IMG/VR virus record: IMGVR_UViG_3300017963_000147 | DNA length: 38,874 nucleotides | DNA from: a virus | Strand: one strand, 5' to 3' | In this document: in pieces, positions 38,752 to 38,874 of the stretch | Layout: the number at the start of each line of letters is the position of its first letter | Numbering within the stretch: position 1 is the first letter of the stretch | Notes under the pieces: generated by a model | Database searches by the model: none | Told to the model about the DNA's origin: nothing | The model's input: only the letters and a program-made list of their open reading frames with translations | Position numbers and translations under genes: made by a program

Positions 38752-38874
38752 ACTGCAAAGAATTACGGTAAACACTGCAAAGAATTACGTAAAGTGTTTT
38801 TAAGTACTTTAGGTAAAGTGTTTATTCTATGCTACGTTTACCAAACTGCAAAGAATTACGTAAAGTGTTTGGTG
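38752..38874. repeat. Terminal direct repeat, identical to 1-123
   Basis: See the first feature. Confidence 0.9.

Overview
The window looks like one complete tailed dsDNA phage genome. It has about 38.75 kb of unique sequence, and the first 123 nt (1-123) are identical to the last 123 nt (38752-38874), so it is either a circularly closed contig or a genome with a short direct terminal repeat. It is moderately AT-rich, with no integrase, rRNA or CRISPR array.

Layout, left to right:
- **Iteron-rich end region** with one small gene.
- **Head module (0.5-10 kb):** portal, small proteins, scaffold and major capsid protein. A strand-inverted islet sits inside it, carrying tRNA-Glu(UUC), a bacterial-type RuvC and a membrane protein.
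- **Tail and internal-virion module (10-20 kb):** two tandem paralogous structural proteins, putative adaptor and nozzle proteins, one antisense gene, and a 1124-aa internal or ejection protein.
- **Fibre module (20-29 kb):** an unannotated 44-aa ribbon-helix-helix (RHH) gene and at least five modular fibre or tip proteins. These are an 892-aa Gly/Thr/Ala beta-helix fibre, a 596-aa fibre with 107-aa repeats, and three proteins with C1q/TNF-like tips.
- **Leftward early operon (29.0-30.6 kb):** an ERF single-strand annealing protein and small zinc-ribbon or coiled-coil proteins.
- **Non-coding control region (about 0.9 kb)** with sigma70-like promoters and a candidate sRNA.
- **Rightward operon:** an unknown 362-aa protein, a RusA-like protein, a TerS-like protein and TerL.
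- **Second early-type operon:** RHH, zinc-ribbon protein, ParB-N/Dam methyltransferase fusion and a PD-(D/E)xK nuclease.

Most notable observations:
- The major capsid gene is split into three exons by two group I introns, one carrying a LAGLIDADG homing endonuclease. Splice sites are supported by P1 and P10 pairings read directly from the sequence.
- A 62-bp perfect direct repeat brackets the genome-end cassette and duplicates the 3' end of the nuclease gene.
- Structural and fibre genes show extensive tandem paralogy, including a 52-bp perfectly conserved junction between two C1q-tip genes.
- A mirror-image A+C-rich coding-strand island lies at 29.0-33.7 kb.

All functional calls come from reading motifs by eye. 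No database search was possible.
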